Source: Acutalibacteraceae bacterium
GTDB lineage: Bacteria > Bacillota > Clostridia > Oscillospirales > Acutalibacteraceae
Assembly (NCBI GenBank): GCA_045601885.1
Contig: JAZSAN010000005.1
Location: 21,851-85,850 of the forward strand
DNA: 64,000 bases
Direction: 5' to 3'
Positions within the stretch are counted from its first letter, which is position 1. Every line of letters starts with the position of its first letter. A program made the position numbers and the translations under genes. The notes under the pieces were generated by a model. The model had not been told where the DNA came from, did not search any database, and saw nothing but the letters and a program-made list of their open reading frames with translations. Below are positions 24,523-35,241 of this stretch, piece after piece.

Positions 24523-25617
24523 ATGAAAAAGTATAACGTTGGTATTGTTGGTGCAACCGGTATGGTTGGTCAGCGCTTTGCGCTTTTGCTTGCCAATCAT
24601 CCGTGGTTTAATGTAACCGCACTTGCTGCTAGTCCGCGCTCTGCAGGTTTGACATACGAAAAAGCTGTAGAAAACCGTTGGGCTATGACCGACCCCATTC
24701 CTGAATCACTTAAGGATATGGTTGTAATGGACGCAGTTGGCGATATTGAAAAAGTAACTTCATTGGTGGACTTTGTTTTCTGCGCCGTCGATATGAAAAA
24801 GGATGAAATTCGCGCTCTTGAAGAGAATTATGCAAAGCACGAATGCCCCGTTATTTCAAACAACAGCGCTCACAGAGGCACGCCAGATGTTCCGATGGTA
24901 ATACCGGAAATCAACTCTGAACATATAAATATTATAGACGCACAACGCAAGAGACTCGGCACAAAGCATGGCTTTATTGCTGTTAAATCCAACTGCTCTT
25001 TGCAGAGCTATGTTCCCGCAATATATCCGCTTGATAAGGAATTTGGTATTGAAAATGTACTCGTATGTACATATCAAGCAATTTCCGGCGCAGGTAAAAC
25101 TTTTGAAAGATGGCCCGAAATGATTGATAACGTTATCCCCTTCATCTCGGGTGAGGAAGAGAAATCTGAGCAAGAACCGCTTAAGATTTGGGGTAAAATC
25201 GAAGGCGATGTTATTGTAAATTCTGACAGCCCCAAGTTCACAGCTCAATGCTTGCGTGTTCCCGTTTCTGACGGTCATATGGCTGCTGTATTTATGTCAT
25301 TTAAAAAGGCTCCCACAAAGGCAGAAATTCTTAAGGCTTGGAGCAATTTCAGCGGCAGACCGCAAGAACTCGAGCTTCCCAGCGCTCCCAAGCAGTTCCT
25401 CAACTATTTCGAAGAAGACAATATGCCGCAGACAAAGCTTAACCGCAATCTTGAGAATGGTATGGCTGTATCAATCGGTCGTCTTCGCGAAGACAGCCAA
25501 TACGACTACAAGTTTGTTTGTCTCTCACACAACACACTTCGCGGTGCTGCCGGCGGTGCTGTATTGCTTGCTGAGCTTCTTTGTGCTGAAGGTTATATTG
25601 AATCCTCTGTGCGTTAA
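24523..25617 (+). CDS. asd: Aspartate-semialdehyde dehydrogenase
   Basis: The start MKKYNVGIVGATGMVGQRF follows an AAAGGAAG SD. The track's start at 24433 is upstream read-in. Confidence 0.95.
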   Translation: MKKYNVGIVGATGMVGQRFALLLANHPWFNVTALAASPRSAGLTYEKAVENRWAMTDPIPESLKDMVVMDAVGDIEKVTSLVDFVFCAVDMKKDEIRALEENYAKHECPVISNNSAHRGTPDVPMVIPEINSEHINIIDAQRKRLGTKHGFIAVKSNCSLQSYVPAIYPLDKEFGIENVLVCTYQAISGAGKTFERWPEMIDNVIPFISGEEEKSEQEPLKIWGKIEGDVIVNSDSPKFTAQCLRVPVSDGHMAAVFMSFKKAPTKAEILKAWSNFSGRPQELELPSAPKQFLNYFEEDNMPQTKLNRNLENGMAVSIGRLREDSQYDYKFVCLSHNTLRGAAGGAVLLAELLCAEGYIESSVR

Positions 25618-25639
25618 TAACGACAATTGGAGTGATTAA

Positions 25640-26521
25640 ATGAAAAAACTGATTTTCAAGGGCGCTGCCACTGCCATTGTTACACCTATGCACGATGACA
25701 GGACTATAAATTTCGAGAAATTAAAGGAATTAACTGAAAATCAGATTTTAAAAGGCATTGATGCTCTTGTCGTTTGCGGTACCACGGGTGAATCCGCTAC
25801 CGTGAGCGATGAAGAACACAGGGAAATTATAAAAACCGTTGTTGATACTGCGGCAGGTCGTGTGCCCGTTATTGCAGGTACCGGTAGTAACGACACCTCT
25901 CACGCGCTATATTTATCTCAAAGCGCTACAGAGGTTGGTGCTGATGCTTTGCTGCTTGTTACACCTTATTATAATAAAGCTTCCCAAAGTGGTTTGATTG
26001 AGCATTACAATTACATTGCAGACCGCACTTCTTTGCCAATAATTCTTTATAACGTTCCGTCCAGAACTGGAGTTAATATCAAACCAAAAACATATAAAGA
26101 ATTATCAAAACATCCTAATATCGTTGCGGTTAAGGAAGCGAACGGAGACGTATCAGCACTTTGCGAGAGCATTTCGCTGTGTCAGGATGACCTTGCTTTT
26201 TACAGCGGAAATGATGACTGTATTGTTCCATTTCTTTCTTTAGGTTGCAAAGGTGTTATTTCGGTTGCATCAAACATACTACCTTATGAAATTCATAAAA
26301 TTTGTGACGACTATTTTAATGGAAAGACAGATGAAGCTGTTTTGTCACAAATGAAATATATAGCTCTTTTCAAAGCGCTATTTTGTGATGTTAATCCAAT
26401 TCCAATAAAGGAAGCTATGAATATTTTAGGAATGAATGTTGGCCCAACTCGACTCCCCTTATCGCCCATTGATTATGACTTAAAAGATTATCTCATAAAA
26501 GAATTAAACAAGATATTATAA
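25640..26521 (+). CDS. dapA: 4-hydroxy-tetrahydrodipicolinate synthase
   Basis: GTTGES, the YNVP-type motif, and the expected length. Confidence 0.95.
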   Translation: MKKLIFKGAATAIVTPMHDDRTINFEKLKELTENQILKGIDALVVCGTTGESATVSDEEHREIIKTVVDTAAGRVPVIAGTGSNDTSHALYLSQSATEVGADALLLVTPYYNKASQSGLIEHYNYIADRTSLPIILYNVPSRTGVNIKPKTYKELSKHPNIVAVKEANGDVSALCESISLCQDDLAFYSGNDDCIVPFLSLGCKGVISVASNILPYEIHKICDDYFNGKTDEAVLSQMKYIALFKALFCDVNPIPIKEAMNILGMNVGPTRLPLSPIDYDLKDYLIKELNKIL

Positions 26522-26541
26522 AAAATTGGAAGTGAAAAAAG

Positions 26542-27297
26542 ATGTTGAAAATATTATTAAGCGGTTGCTTTGGCAAGGTTAGTTTAGCAGTTGCTAATGT
26601 TATCAAAAACAAACCCGATTTAGAGGTTGTAGCGGGTGTTGACATTTGCCGTGATATGACTGCCGACTTCCCCACATTCACAAATTTTGACGATGTTAAC
26701 ATCATTCCCGATGTTATTATTGATTTTTCAAACCCGTCAAATCTTGATGATTTGTTAAGTTTTTGTCTTAAAAACAAAGTCCCCGCAGTTATCGCAACAA
26801 CAGGATATACCGATGCTCAGATTATCAAAATCAAAGATGCCGCAAAGGAAATTCCCGTCTTTTTCACATTTAATATGTCAATCGGTGTTAATGTTCTCGT
26901 TTCCCTTGCAAAGAGCGCAACAAAAATTCTTGGCGATGACTTCGATGTTGAAATTATTGAAAAGCATCACAACCAGAAAATTGACGCTCCGAGCGGAACC
27001 GCAATTATGATTGCTGAAGCCTTAAATGAAACCTTTGATGAACAAAAAAATTACACCTTTGACCGCCATTCTTACCGCGAAAAAAGAAACAAAAATGAAA
27101 TTGGTATTCACTCGGTTCGTGGTGGTACAATTGTGGGCGAGCATGAGGTTATTTTCGCAGGAAACGACGAGATTCTTACAATTTCTCACACAGCATTATC
27201 AAAAGGCTTATTCGCAACAGGTGCTGTTAAAGCAGCAGAGTTTTTAGCGAAATGTGAAAAAGGCATCTATGATATGAACGCATTGATTAATAACTAA
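26542..27297 (+). CDS. dapB: 4-hydroxy-tetrahydrodipicolinate reductase
   Basis: EKHHNQKIDAPSGTA motif, and it follows dapA. Confidence 0.9.
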   Translation: MLKILLSGCFGKVSLAVANVIKNKPDLEVVAGVDICRDMTADFPTFTNFDDVNIIPDVIIDFSNPSNLDDLLSFCLKNKVPAVIATTGYTDAQIIKIKDAAKEIPVFFTFNMSIGVNVLVSLAKSATKILGDDFDVEIIEKHHNQKIDAPSGTAIMIAEALNETFDEQKNYTFDRHSYREKRNKNEIGIHSVRGGTIVGEHEVIFAGNDEILTISHTALSKGLFATGAVKAAEFLAKCEKGIYDMNALINN

Positions 27298-27309
27298 AAT
27301 TTTATAAAT

Positions 27310-27344
27310 AAAAAAGGATTAGCCGTCGGCTAATCCTTTTTTTA
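27310..27344. terminator. Bidirectional terminator between dapB and tyrS
   Basis: AAAAAAGGATTAGCC-gtc-GGCTAATCCTTTTTTT. Confidence 0.75.
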
Positions 27345-28565
27345 TTACATAGTTGCTTTATGATAAACCTTTTTACCCTTTTTAATTATGAGCGAAGCTT
27401 TAAGCTCGTCTGCGCTGTAACGCTTGCTCGGGTCGGTAACCTTTTCGTCGTTAACCGAAACACCGCCCTGAACAACAAGTCGGCGTCCTTCACCCTTTGA
27501 AGCGGCAAGACCGCATATTACCATCAAATCAAGCAAGCCAATTGTTCCATCAGCAAGTGCTGAATCTTCAACGACTGTTGTTGGCATATTTTCAGTATCT
27601 CCACCACCGCCGAAGAGCGCACGTGAAGCGTTTTGTGCTTTTACTGCCTCTTCTTCGCCGTGAACAAGCTTAGTAAGTTCAAATGCAAGAATATCCTTTG
27701 CTTCGTTAAGCTGACTTCCCTCCCACTTGTCCATCTCATCGATTTTTTCAAGCGGAATAAATGTTAACATACGAATACATTTTAATACGTCATTATCGCT
27801 GACATTACGCCAATACTGATAAAACTCATACGGCGATGTTTTTTCTGCATCAAGCCAAACTGCGTTGCCTGCAGTTTTACCCATTTTCTTGCCTTCAGAG
27901 TCTGTAAGAAGCGTGATTGTCATTGCGTGTGCATCCTTGCCAAGCTTGCGACGAATAAGCTCGGTACCGCCAAGCATATTGGACCACTGGTCGTCTCCGC
28001 CAAACTGCATATTACAGCCATATTCCTTGAAGAGATGATAAAAATCATAGCTCTGCATTATCATATAGTTAAACTCAAGGAAGCTAAGTCCCTTTTCCAT
28101 ACGCTGCTTGTAGCATTCGGCACGGAGCATATTGTTAACCGAGAAACAAGCGCCGACCTCACGGAGCAAATCAACATAGTTAAGATTAAGGAGCCAATCG
28201 GCATTATTAATCATCTTTGCCTTGCCCTCACCAAACTCAATAAATCTTTCCATCTGACGTTTAAAGCATTCTGCATTATGGTCGATATCCTCTTTGGTGA
28301 GCATTTTTCTCATATCGGTTCTGCCTGAGGGGTCACCAATCATAGTGGTACCGCCGCCGATAAGTGCAATCGGCTTATTTCCCGCCATCTGAAGACGCTT
28401 CATCAAGGTGAGAGCCATAAAATGTCCTGCCGTAAGGCTATCTGCGGTGCAGTCAAATCCGATATAAAATGTGGCTTTACCTGCATTTATCATCTCACGG
28501 ATATGTTCTTCGTCGGTTACCTGAGCAATAAGACCTCTGGCAACAAGTTCTTCATAGATTTGCAT
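27345..28565 (-). CDS. tyrS: Tyrosine--tRNA ligase
   Basis: Class I motifs (HIGH-like TAGH and KMGKT) with a C-terminal S4 domain. Confidence 0.95.
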   Translation of the reverse strand: MQIYEELVARGLIAQVTDEEHIREMINAGKATFYIGFDCTADSLTAGHFMALTLMKRLQMAGNKPIALIGGGTTMIGDPSGRTDMRKMLTKEDIDHNAECFKRQMERFIEFGEGKAKMINNADWLLNLNYVDLLREVGACFSVNNMLRAECYKQRMEKGLSFLEFNYMIMQSYDFYHLFKEYGCNMQFGGDDQWSNMLGGTELIRRKLGKDAHAMTITLLTDSEGKKMGKTAGNAVWLDAEKTSPYEFYQYWRNVSDNDVLKCIRMLTFIPLEKIDEMDKWEGSQLNEAKDILAFELTKLVHGEEEAVKAQNASRALFGGGGDTENMPTTVVEDSALADGTIGLLDLMVICGLAASKGEGRRLVVQGGVSVNDEKVTDPSKRYSADELKASLIIKKGKKVYHKATM

Positions 28566-28588
28566 TTAATTTCCTCCGTTTATATAAA

Positions 28589-30235
28589 TCAATTATTAAG
28601 CATTTCTTCGGCGCTTATAAGATTTTGCTCGGTTAGTTCACCGCCGATAATTCGAGCAATTTCGCGCTTTCTTCCCTCAAAATCAAGCAGTGTTATATCG
28701 GTATATGTTCTGCCGTCTTTAACATTCTTTTCAATATAAAAATGAGAGTCCGCCCTTGCAGCAATCTGCGCGAGATGTGTCACACACAAAACCTGTTTTC
28801 CGCGTGAAACATTTTTAAGCTGAATACCAACCTTTTGTGCCGCGCGTCCGCTGATACCGGTATCAATTTCGTCAAAAATCAAGGTGCCGATTTTATCGCG
28901 GTCCGAAAGCACGCTCTTGATAGCAAGCATTATTCTTGAAAGTTCACCGCCCGAGGCGATTTTCGAAAGCGGTTTTGGGTCCTCACCGACATTGGCAGAA
29001 ATCAAAAATTCCACAACATCGCAGCCCGTTTTTGTATACTTCCCCATAGTAAAATTAACTTTGAATTTTACATAGGGCATATCAAGTTCAGCAAGTACTT
29101 CGCAGACATTTTTCTCGAAAATTTGTGCTGCTGTTTTTCGTGATTTTGAAAGTTTGTCACCATATTCTACAAGATTCTCGGTGCATATGTCAAGTTCACG
29201 CTCAAGTTTTTCAATTCTTTCTTCCGAAAACTCAATATCTTCAAGCTCTTTTTTGGCATTTTCAAGATATTCTAGCGCCGATTTTTCACTGTTTCCGTAT
29301 TTATAAAAAAGCTCGTGCAAAAACGCAAGTCGTTTTTCATCTCTTTCAATTTGCGCCGCATCAAAGTCAACGTCATCAATAAAAGCTTTTAATTCCGCTC
29401 TCGTTTCATCAAGTTCAAGACCTAAATTCAAGAGTTTTGATGAAATTTCACCAAGTTTTCCAACCTCGGTTTTTTCAATAATTCTCGCAGACCTGTTCAC
29501 TAAATTCGCAATGCTGACCTCGTCAACGCTCAAAATTTCATACGCTTCGGTTATATTGCGCATAAGCTTGTCATAATTGCGGTAAATTGCCGATTTTTTC
29601 TCAAGCTCGTCAGTTTCCCCTTCTTTTAAAAGAGCGCTCTCAAGCTCATTAATCTGATATTTCAGCAAATCAATTCTGCGTCTTTTTTCTTCTTCGTTTA
29701 TTGTTAACTCTTTTATGTTTTTGTTTATTTCTTTGTATTTCTTGAATTCGTTTAAATAATTCTCTATCTCTTCATTGTTATTTGCAACAATATCAATAAA
29801 CGAGTAATGTGTTTCAGGATTCAGAAGCGACTGACTGTCGTGCTGACCGTGAATGTTAACAATAAGCGGTGCCAATGTTTTTAGAACAGCCGATGTAACG
29901 GGTTGTCCGTTGATTTTAATACTTCCGTTTCCTGTGTTGCTAATGGTACGCTGAATTATGATATTACCATACTCATCGGGATAGTATGAATTTTCAGCAA
30001 GCGCATTCAGAGCCTCGTCATCAAGCTCACAGAACATTGCATTGACAATGGCACGCTCTGCGCCGTTTCTAATCAAATTCTTAGAAGTTCTTTCGCCTAA
30101 AACTGCATTCAGAGCATCAATAACGATAGACTTACCGGCACCGGTTTCACCCGTCAGCACGTTAAATCCATCATTAAACTCAATATCTGATTTTTCAATA
30201 ACAGCAATATTTTCAATATGCAGATATTTAAGCAT
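28589..30235 (-). CDS. recN: DNA repair protein RecN
   Basis: GETGAGKS Walker A, long coiled coil, and a C-terminal SGGE signature. Confidence 0.95.
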   Translation of the reverse strand: MLKYLHIENIAVIEKSDIEFNDGFNVLTGETGAGKSIVIDALNAVLGERTSKNLIRNGAERAIVNAMFCELDDEALNALAENSYYPDEYGNIIIQRTISNTGNGSIKINGQPVTSAVLKTLAPLIVNIHGQHDSQSLLNPETHYSFIDIVANNNEEIENYLNEFKKYKEINKNIKELTINEEEKRRRIDLLKYQINELESALLKEGETDELEKKSAIYRNYDKLMRNITEAYEILSVDEVSIANLVNRSARIIEKTEVGKLGEISSKLLNLGLELDETRAELKAFIDDVDFDAAQIERDEKRLAFLHELFYKYGNSEKSALEYLENAKKELEDIEFSEERIEKLERELDICTENLVEYGDKLSKSRKTAAQIFEKNVCEVLAELDMPYVKFKVNFTMGKYTKTGCDVVEFLISANVGEDPKPLSKIASGGELSRIMLAIKSVLSDRDKIGTLIFDEIDTGISGRAAQKVGIQLKNVSRGKQVLCVTHLAQIAARADSHFYIEKNVKDGRTYTDITLLDFEGRKREIARIIGGELTEQNLISAEEMLNN

Positions 30236-30247
30236 TAATGCACCTTC

Positions 30248-30703
30248 CTAAAGCAGTTTCTTTAAACTTTCAGTTAATTTATGAGCGTCTGATTGACTCT
30301 CGGTAATGATAAAAATTGTATCATCTCCCGCAAGTGAGCCAACAATTATATCCTTATACAGATGGTCGACCGCAACACACGCACTCGAAGCCATTCCCGA
30401 ATGACAACGAATAACAACATCATTCATAGAATATCTAACAGAAATTGCGGAATTAGAAAAAATATCAACATATTTATCGATATTTCCGTTAGAATTTGAA
30501 AAATTATCAGTCGGCGCGATATAGCGGTAATTTCCCGATTTATCGAGAAGTTTTGTTATTCTCAGTTCTTTAATATCGCGGGATATTGTAGATTGAGTAA
30601 CCTTAAAACCTAAGTCAAGCAGCGCGTTTGTAAGGTCTTCTTGTGTTGAAACGCTGTTTTCACTGATAACTTTAAGCAACGCCTCATGTCTTTTGTTTTT
30701 CAT
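30248..30703 (-). CDS. argR: Arginine repressor
   Basis: wHTH (QEDLTNALLDLGFKVTQSTISRDIKEL) plus an ArgR C-terminal domain (GTLAGDDTIF-like). Confidence 0.9.
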   Translation of the reverse strand: MKNKRHEALLKVISENSVSTQEDLTNALLDLGFKVTQSTISRDIKELRITKLLDKSGNYRYIAPTDNFSNSNGNIDKYVDIFSNSAISVRYSMNDVVIRCHSGMASSACVAVDHLYKDIIVGSLAGDDTIFIITESQSDAHKLTESLKKLL

Positions 30704-30706
30704 ATA

Positions 30707-31501
30707 TTATCCTCGCATCTTTTCAGACAATGTTTTATAGAAAGAACGATTGTGAACTCTCATTAGTTTAGCAGATAAATCTGCGCGCTTAATTTCTATT
30801 GTATCGCTCGGCTTTAGTTTGATGGATTTTTCACCGTCAAGAGTCATATACGCTTCGGTGTTTTGCGGGCATGAAACCGAGATGTTTATTATTGAATTAT
30901 CGTTAAACAAAATCGGTCGGTCAAAGAGAGAGTTTGAGCATATAGGGGTTATAACAAACAACTCAAGCTTCGGGTCAACAACGGGACCGCCTGCAGACAT
31001 TGAATATGCCGTGGAGCCCGTTGGTGTTGCGGCAATCAAGCCGTCGGCACGATAGGTTATTATGCTGTCATCAACAGTAACATTTATATCAATCATACGT
31101 GATAGCGAACCTTTTGATATAACCGCATCGTTAAGACAATAATATTTTTTACCGTTAACTGCAACCTCTAAAAGCATTCGTTCTTCGATAATATAGTCAC
31201 CCGTTATTATGTTTGAAATATTTTCAATTTCATCGGGCGTTATATCAGCAAGATACCCGAGCCTTCCGTTATGTATGCCAAGTATGGGAAGACCTGTTTT
31301 TGCGCCTTTTTTTGCAGCATGAATGATTGTTCCGTCGCCGCCGATTGTGATTATAAAATCACACTTTGAAAGCTCCGAATCTCTTTTTGGAATTATGTAT
31401 TCTATTTTAAGCTCATCAAGTTTGCTTTTTAAACGGTTTAATATTTCCAAAGCTCCATCTTTATCATAGTTAGGAATAATAGCCGTTTTCAAAATAATCA
31501 C
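30707..31501 (-). CDS. nadK: NAD kinase
   Basis: GGDGT and TPTGSTAY motifs. Confidence 0.9.
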   Translation of the reverse strand: MIILKTAIIPNYDKDGALEILNRLKSKLDELKIEYIIPKRDSELSKCDFIITIGGDGTIIHAAKKGAKTGLPILGIHNGRLGYLADITPDEIENISNIITGDYIIEERMLLEVAVNGKKYYCLNDAVISKGSLSRMIDINVTVDDSIITYRADGLIAATPTGSTAYSMSAGGPVVDPKLELFVITPICSNSLFDRPILFNDNSIINISVSCPQNTEAYMTLDGEKSIKLKPSDTIEIKRADLSAKLMRVHNRSFYKTLSEKMRG

Positions 31502-31504
31502 ATC

Positions 31505-32317
31505 CTACAGCACGGTATGAGAAGCATGAACAACATTCTCAACCGAAATATTTTCATTAAGCTCAGGGGTGTCGGAAGGTTTAATATACGCTAAATATTC
31601 AATATTTCCCTCCGGTCCCTTTATGGGCGAATAATCAAGTCCCAAAACCGAATAACCCAATTCAAGTGTAAAAGCAATAACCTCATTTACTACATCAATA
31701 TGAATTGATTCCTCACGCACAACACCCTTTTTGCCAACTCTTTCTTTTCCTGCCTCAAACTGAGGTTTTATTAAGCACACGGCAGTTCCGTCTTCTTTTA
31801 AAATGGTCTTAAGCACGGGCAAAATCAATTTTAATGATATGAAAGAAACGTCGACCGATGCAAAATCAAGTTCGTCAGGCACCTGCTCCTTTGTAACATA
31901 TCTGAAATTTGTGCGCTCTAAATTAATAACTCTTTGGTCGCTTCGAAGCTTCCAAGCAAGCTGACCGTATCCGACGTCAATCGAAAAAACCTTTTCTGCA
32001 CCATTTTGAAGCATACAATCAGTAAATCCACCTGTTGAAGCGCCAATATCAGCACACACACATCCATCAAGCTTAATTGGAAACTGCTGCATTGCCCTTT
32101 CAAGCTTAAGACCACCGCGACTTACATATTTGAGCGGATTGCTGCGCACCTCGATATTATCGGTCACTTTTACAGTTGTACCCGCTTTATCAACCTTTTC
32201 GTTATTAACATATACAACGCCCGCCATTATATATGCCTTTGCTTTTTCGCGGCTTTCAGCAAGTCCGCGTTCAAAGACAGCTATATCAAGTCTTAATTTT
32301 TCCGACAAGTTATTCAC
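31505..32317 (-). CDS. tlyA: TlyA-family rRNA 2'-O-methyltransferase
   Basis: S4 domain plus an FtsJ-like DIGASTGGFTD motif. Confidence 0.85.
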   Translation of the reverse strand: MNNLSEKLRLDIAVFERGLAESREKAKAYIMAGVVYVNNEKVDKAGTTVKVTDNIEVRSNPLKYVSRGGLKLERAMQQFPIKLDGCVCADIGASTGGFTDCMLQNGAEKVFSIDVGYGQLAWKLRSDQRVINLERTNFRYVTKEQVPDELDFASVDVSFISLKLILPVLKTILKEDGTAVCLIKPQFEAGKERVGKKGVVREESIHIDVVNEVIAFTLELGYSVLGLDYSPIKGPEGNIEYLAYIKPSDTPELNENISVENVVHASHTVL

Positions 32318-34142
32318 CCTTGATTACCTTAATTATGGATTCAACATCTAAATTATGTTTTTTTAGTTGTGAGTCAACCGTTGCGGCCCCGACAAACTTG
32401 TTATCAACCGCAATATTTTTATAAGAGCAGTTAATACCATTATCATGAATCAGTTGACTTATATGCTCTCCTATTCCGCCTGATTTAATGCCTTCCTCTA
32501 CAAAATAAATCCTTTTATAATTTTTAAGTTGATTCGCAATACTTGTATCAATCGGATTTATTTGATTCAACTTAATAACTGCAATATTTTTCGAAATGTT
32601 TGCCACCTCTAACGCAACACTTATAAGGCGACCATAAGAAATGATTGCTGTCTCTCCGTTGCCGAAAATATCATATGAAGAACCTGAATATTTCAAATTC
32701 GAAATCTCTGTTTTTTCAAGTCCTCGCGGATAACGCACAACCGAAACGCCATCTTCATAAATTGCTTTTTTGAGCATTATTTCAAGCTCATTATAATTTG
32801 AGGGCGCATAGATATTCACGTTTGGAATTTGTGATAAAAACGCCGCATCAAAAATGCCCTGGTGTGTTTCGCCATCTTCACCGACAAAACCTGCCCTATC
32901 AACACAAAGAGTAATCGGTAAATTGGCAATCGCTGCATCGTGTATTATCTGGTCAAATCCACGCTGCAAAAATGAGGAATATACTGCAAAAACAGGACGC
33001 ATACCACCCTTTGCAAGTCCTGCGGCAAAGGTTACTGCGTGTTGTTCCGCAATGCCAACATCGAAAAATCTATCAGCATATTTTTTGCTAAATTCGAGGA
33101 GTCCCGTGCCGGTCTCCATTCCCGCAGTAATTGCACAAATTTTTTCATCCTTTTCTGCAATCGAACAGAGCGTTTTTCCAAAAATCTCAGAAAAGTCTTG
33201 TTTTTTGGATATACAAACCCCCTCTTGCAAATCAAAGGGAGCAACACCATGATAAGCATCGGGGTTTTCTTCAGCAAATTTATAACCCTTCCCCTTTACG
33301 GTCATAACATGAACAACAACCGGCTTATCTTGATTTTTTGCAATTTTTAATATTTCTTCAAGTCGTTTTTCGTCATGACCGTCGACAGGTCCTAAATAAT
33401 GAAACCCTAAATCTTCAAAGAAATTGCTGTTATATATAAAGTTTTTCAGAATTTTTTTGGATTTGAAAATTCCGCCGAATAAATATTTACCAATAAGTGG
33501 TATCTTTTTAAGAAAACTAGAAAAATTATCTTTGAATTTATAGTATTTTGGTCTGGAACGCACATTGGTCAAATATCTTGCGAGGGCACCAACATTGCGG
33601 CTTATTGACATTTCGTTATCGTTAATAACTACAATGAAATTTCCGTTTTCCTCACCCGCATTATTAAGCGCTTCATATGCCATGCCACCTGTTAAAGCTC
33701 CGTCGCCCACAATGGCAACAGCGCAACCGGGCTCATTTAAAATGCGTTTTGCTTTATAAATACCATATGCTGCAGAAATGGAATTACTGCTATGACCTGT
33801 TGTTATTGGGTCATAAATACTTTCATCGGGACGCATAAATCCCGAAACTCCACCCTCCTTGCGAAGAGTGTCAAAACGGTCAAATCTGCCTGTTAAGAGT
33901 TTATGAGCATAACACTGATGACCAACATCGAATATAATAGAATCGGTCGGTGCGTCAAAAACTCTATGAAGCGCAACCGTTAATTCAACCGCGCCCAAGC
34001 TTGACGCCAAATGTCCTCCGTTTTTTGAAACGGTGTTTAATATGGTATCTCTTATCTCACTGCAGAGCAAATCTATTTGATTTTCGTTAATTTTTTTTAC
34101 ATCCTCGGGTGTTTTTATGCCCGTTAGAAGCTTATAATTCAA
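32310..34142 (-). CDS. dxs: 1-deoxy-D-xylulose-5-phosphate synthase
   Basis: GGHLASSLG, GDG...GMAYEALN TPP motif, and the expected length. Confidence 0.95.
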   Translation of the reverse strand: MNYKLLTGIKTPEDVKKINENQIDLLCSEIRDTILNTVSKNGGHLASSLGAVELTVALHRVFDAPTDSIIFDVGHQCYAHKLLTGRFDRFDTLRKEGGVSGFMRPDESIYDPITTGHSSNSISAAYGIYKAKRILNEPGCAVAIVGDGALTGGMAYEALNNAGEENGNFIVVINDNEMSISRNVGALARYLTNVRSRPKYYKFKDNFSSFLKKIPLIGKYLFGGIFKSKKILKNFIYNSNFFEDLGFHYLGPVDGHDEKRLEEILKIAKNQDKPVVVHVMTVKGKGYKFAEENPDAYHGVAPFDLQEGVCISKKQDFSEIFGKTLCSIAEKDEKICAITAGMETGTGLLEFSKKYADRFFDVGIAEQHAVTFAAGLAKGGMRPVFAVYSSFLQRGFDQIIHDAAIANLPITLCVDRAGFVGEDGETHQGIFDAAFLSQIPNVNIYAPSNYNELEIMLKKAIYEDGVSVVRYPRGLEKTEISNLKYSGSSYDIFGNGETAIISYGRLISVALEVANISKNIAVIKLNQINPIDTSIANQLKNYKRIYFVEEGIKSGGIGEHISQLIHDNGINCSYKNIAVDNKFVGAATVDSQLKKHNLDVESIIKVIKGE

Positions 34143-34153
34143 AATAGCACATC

Positions 34154-35038
34154 CTAATTTTTTCTGCTTATAAGTTGCTTTGCCAACTCCTTGAGTGCAC
34201 AGGCCTCATCGCCAAAAATTTCGAGAGCATCAATAGCGGCATTTGTAAGTGTTACTACTTCCTCTTCCGCTTTTTCAATACCGATTTTTGAAACATATGT
34301 GGATTTATCATTTTTGTCATCGCTTCCGACAGGCTTACCAAGTTCCTTAGCATCGCCCGTTAAATCCAGCAAATCGTCAACTATTTGAAATGCAAGTCCG
34401 ATATTTTCTGCGAATGTACGAGCCGAAGCTGTCTTATCGTCAGAAGCACCTGCCAAAATACAACCAATTTCACATGAAGCCTTAATTAAAGCACCCGTTT
34501 TCATTGAATACATTTTTTTAATTAAATCGGCATCGACATCCTTGCCTTCAATAGCAAGGTCAATGACCTGACCGCCAACCATACCACCTATACCCGCATA
34601 TTCAGATAACTTGTTAATTGCCGCCAATACAAGTGTCGGGTTTGTGTCAACACACTGTGATGCTGAGAAAAAAGCAAGCGTTAACAGTGAATCTCCCGCA
34701 AGCAGTGCAGTATCCTCGCCAAATGCGATGTGACAAGAGGGTTTTCCCCTTCGCATATCGTCATTATCCATACAAGGAAGGTCATCATGAATTAAAGAAT
34801 ACGAATGAATAAATTCAATAGATGCGGCAAAGTTTGCAACATCACATGGGTATTTACCGCCGCACAAGCGATAAAACTCGAGCATAAGCGAAGGGCGAAG
34901 TCTTTTTCCGCCTGCGGCAACACTATAATCCATTGCCTTAAGCAAAGTATCATAGCCCTCGTTTTTTTCAAAGAGCAGTTCTTTGCATTTTTCGTCAATA
35001 ACGCGTTTTCCGTTATTTAAAATTTCAAGTGCAGTCAT
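34154..35038 (-). CDS. ispA: Farnesyl/geranyl diphosphate synthase
   Basis: DDLPCMDNDDMRRG and FQIVDDLLD motifs. Confidence 0.9.
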   Translation of the reverse strand: MTALEILNNGKRVIDEKCKELLFEKNEGYDTLLKAMDYSVAAGGKRLRPSLMLEFYRLCGGKYPCDVANFAASIEFIHSYSLIHDDLPCMDNDDMRRGKPSCHIAFGEDTALLAGDSLLTLAFFSASQCVDTNPTLVLAAINKLSEYAGIGGMVGGQVIDLAIEGKDVDADLIKKMYSMKTGALIKASCEIGCILAGASDDKTASARTFAENIGLAFQIVDDLLDLTGDAKELGKPVGSDDKNDKSTYVSKIGIEKAEEEVVTLTNAAIDALEIFGDEACALKELAKQLISRKN

Positions 35039-35238
35039 TATTCTTCACCATTTTCTTTATCGGAAAAAATTGTAAGTTTCTGTTTTGCATTTTCGAGTGT
35101 TTCATTGCAGGATTTTGATAATTTAACACCCTCTTCGAAAAGTGACATAGACTCTTCAAGAGTGCATTTTCCCGACTCAAGCAAGGAAACGATTTCTTCA
35201 AGTCTTAACATATCTTTTTCAAAAGTTTTAACTGACAT
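35038..35238 (-). CDS. xseB: Exodeoxyribonuclease VII small subunit
   Basis: 66 aa, FEKDMLRLEEIVSLLESG, downstream of xseA. Confidence 0.85.
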   Translation of the reverse strand: MSVKTFEKDMLRLEEIVSLLESGKCTLEESMSLFEEGVKLSKSCNETLENAKQKLTIFSDKENGEE

Positions 35239-35241
35239 ATA

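Noticed and set aside
28566-28588. A T-box leader upstream of tyrS.
   Set aside because: Only 23 nt separate the recN stop from the tyrS start, and this contains just an SD. Any T-box would have to lie upstream of recN/argR, and I saw none.
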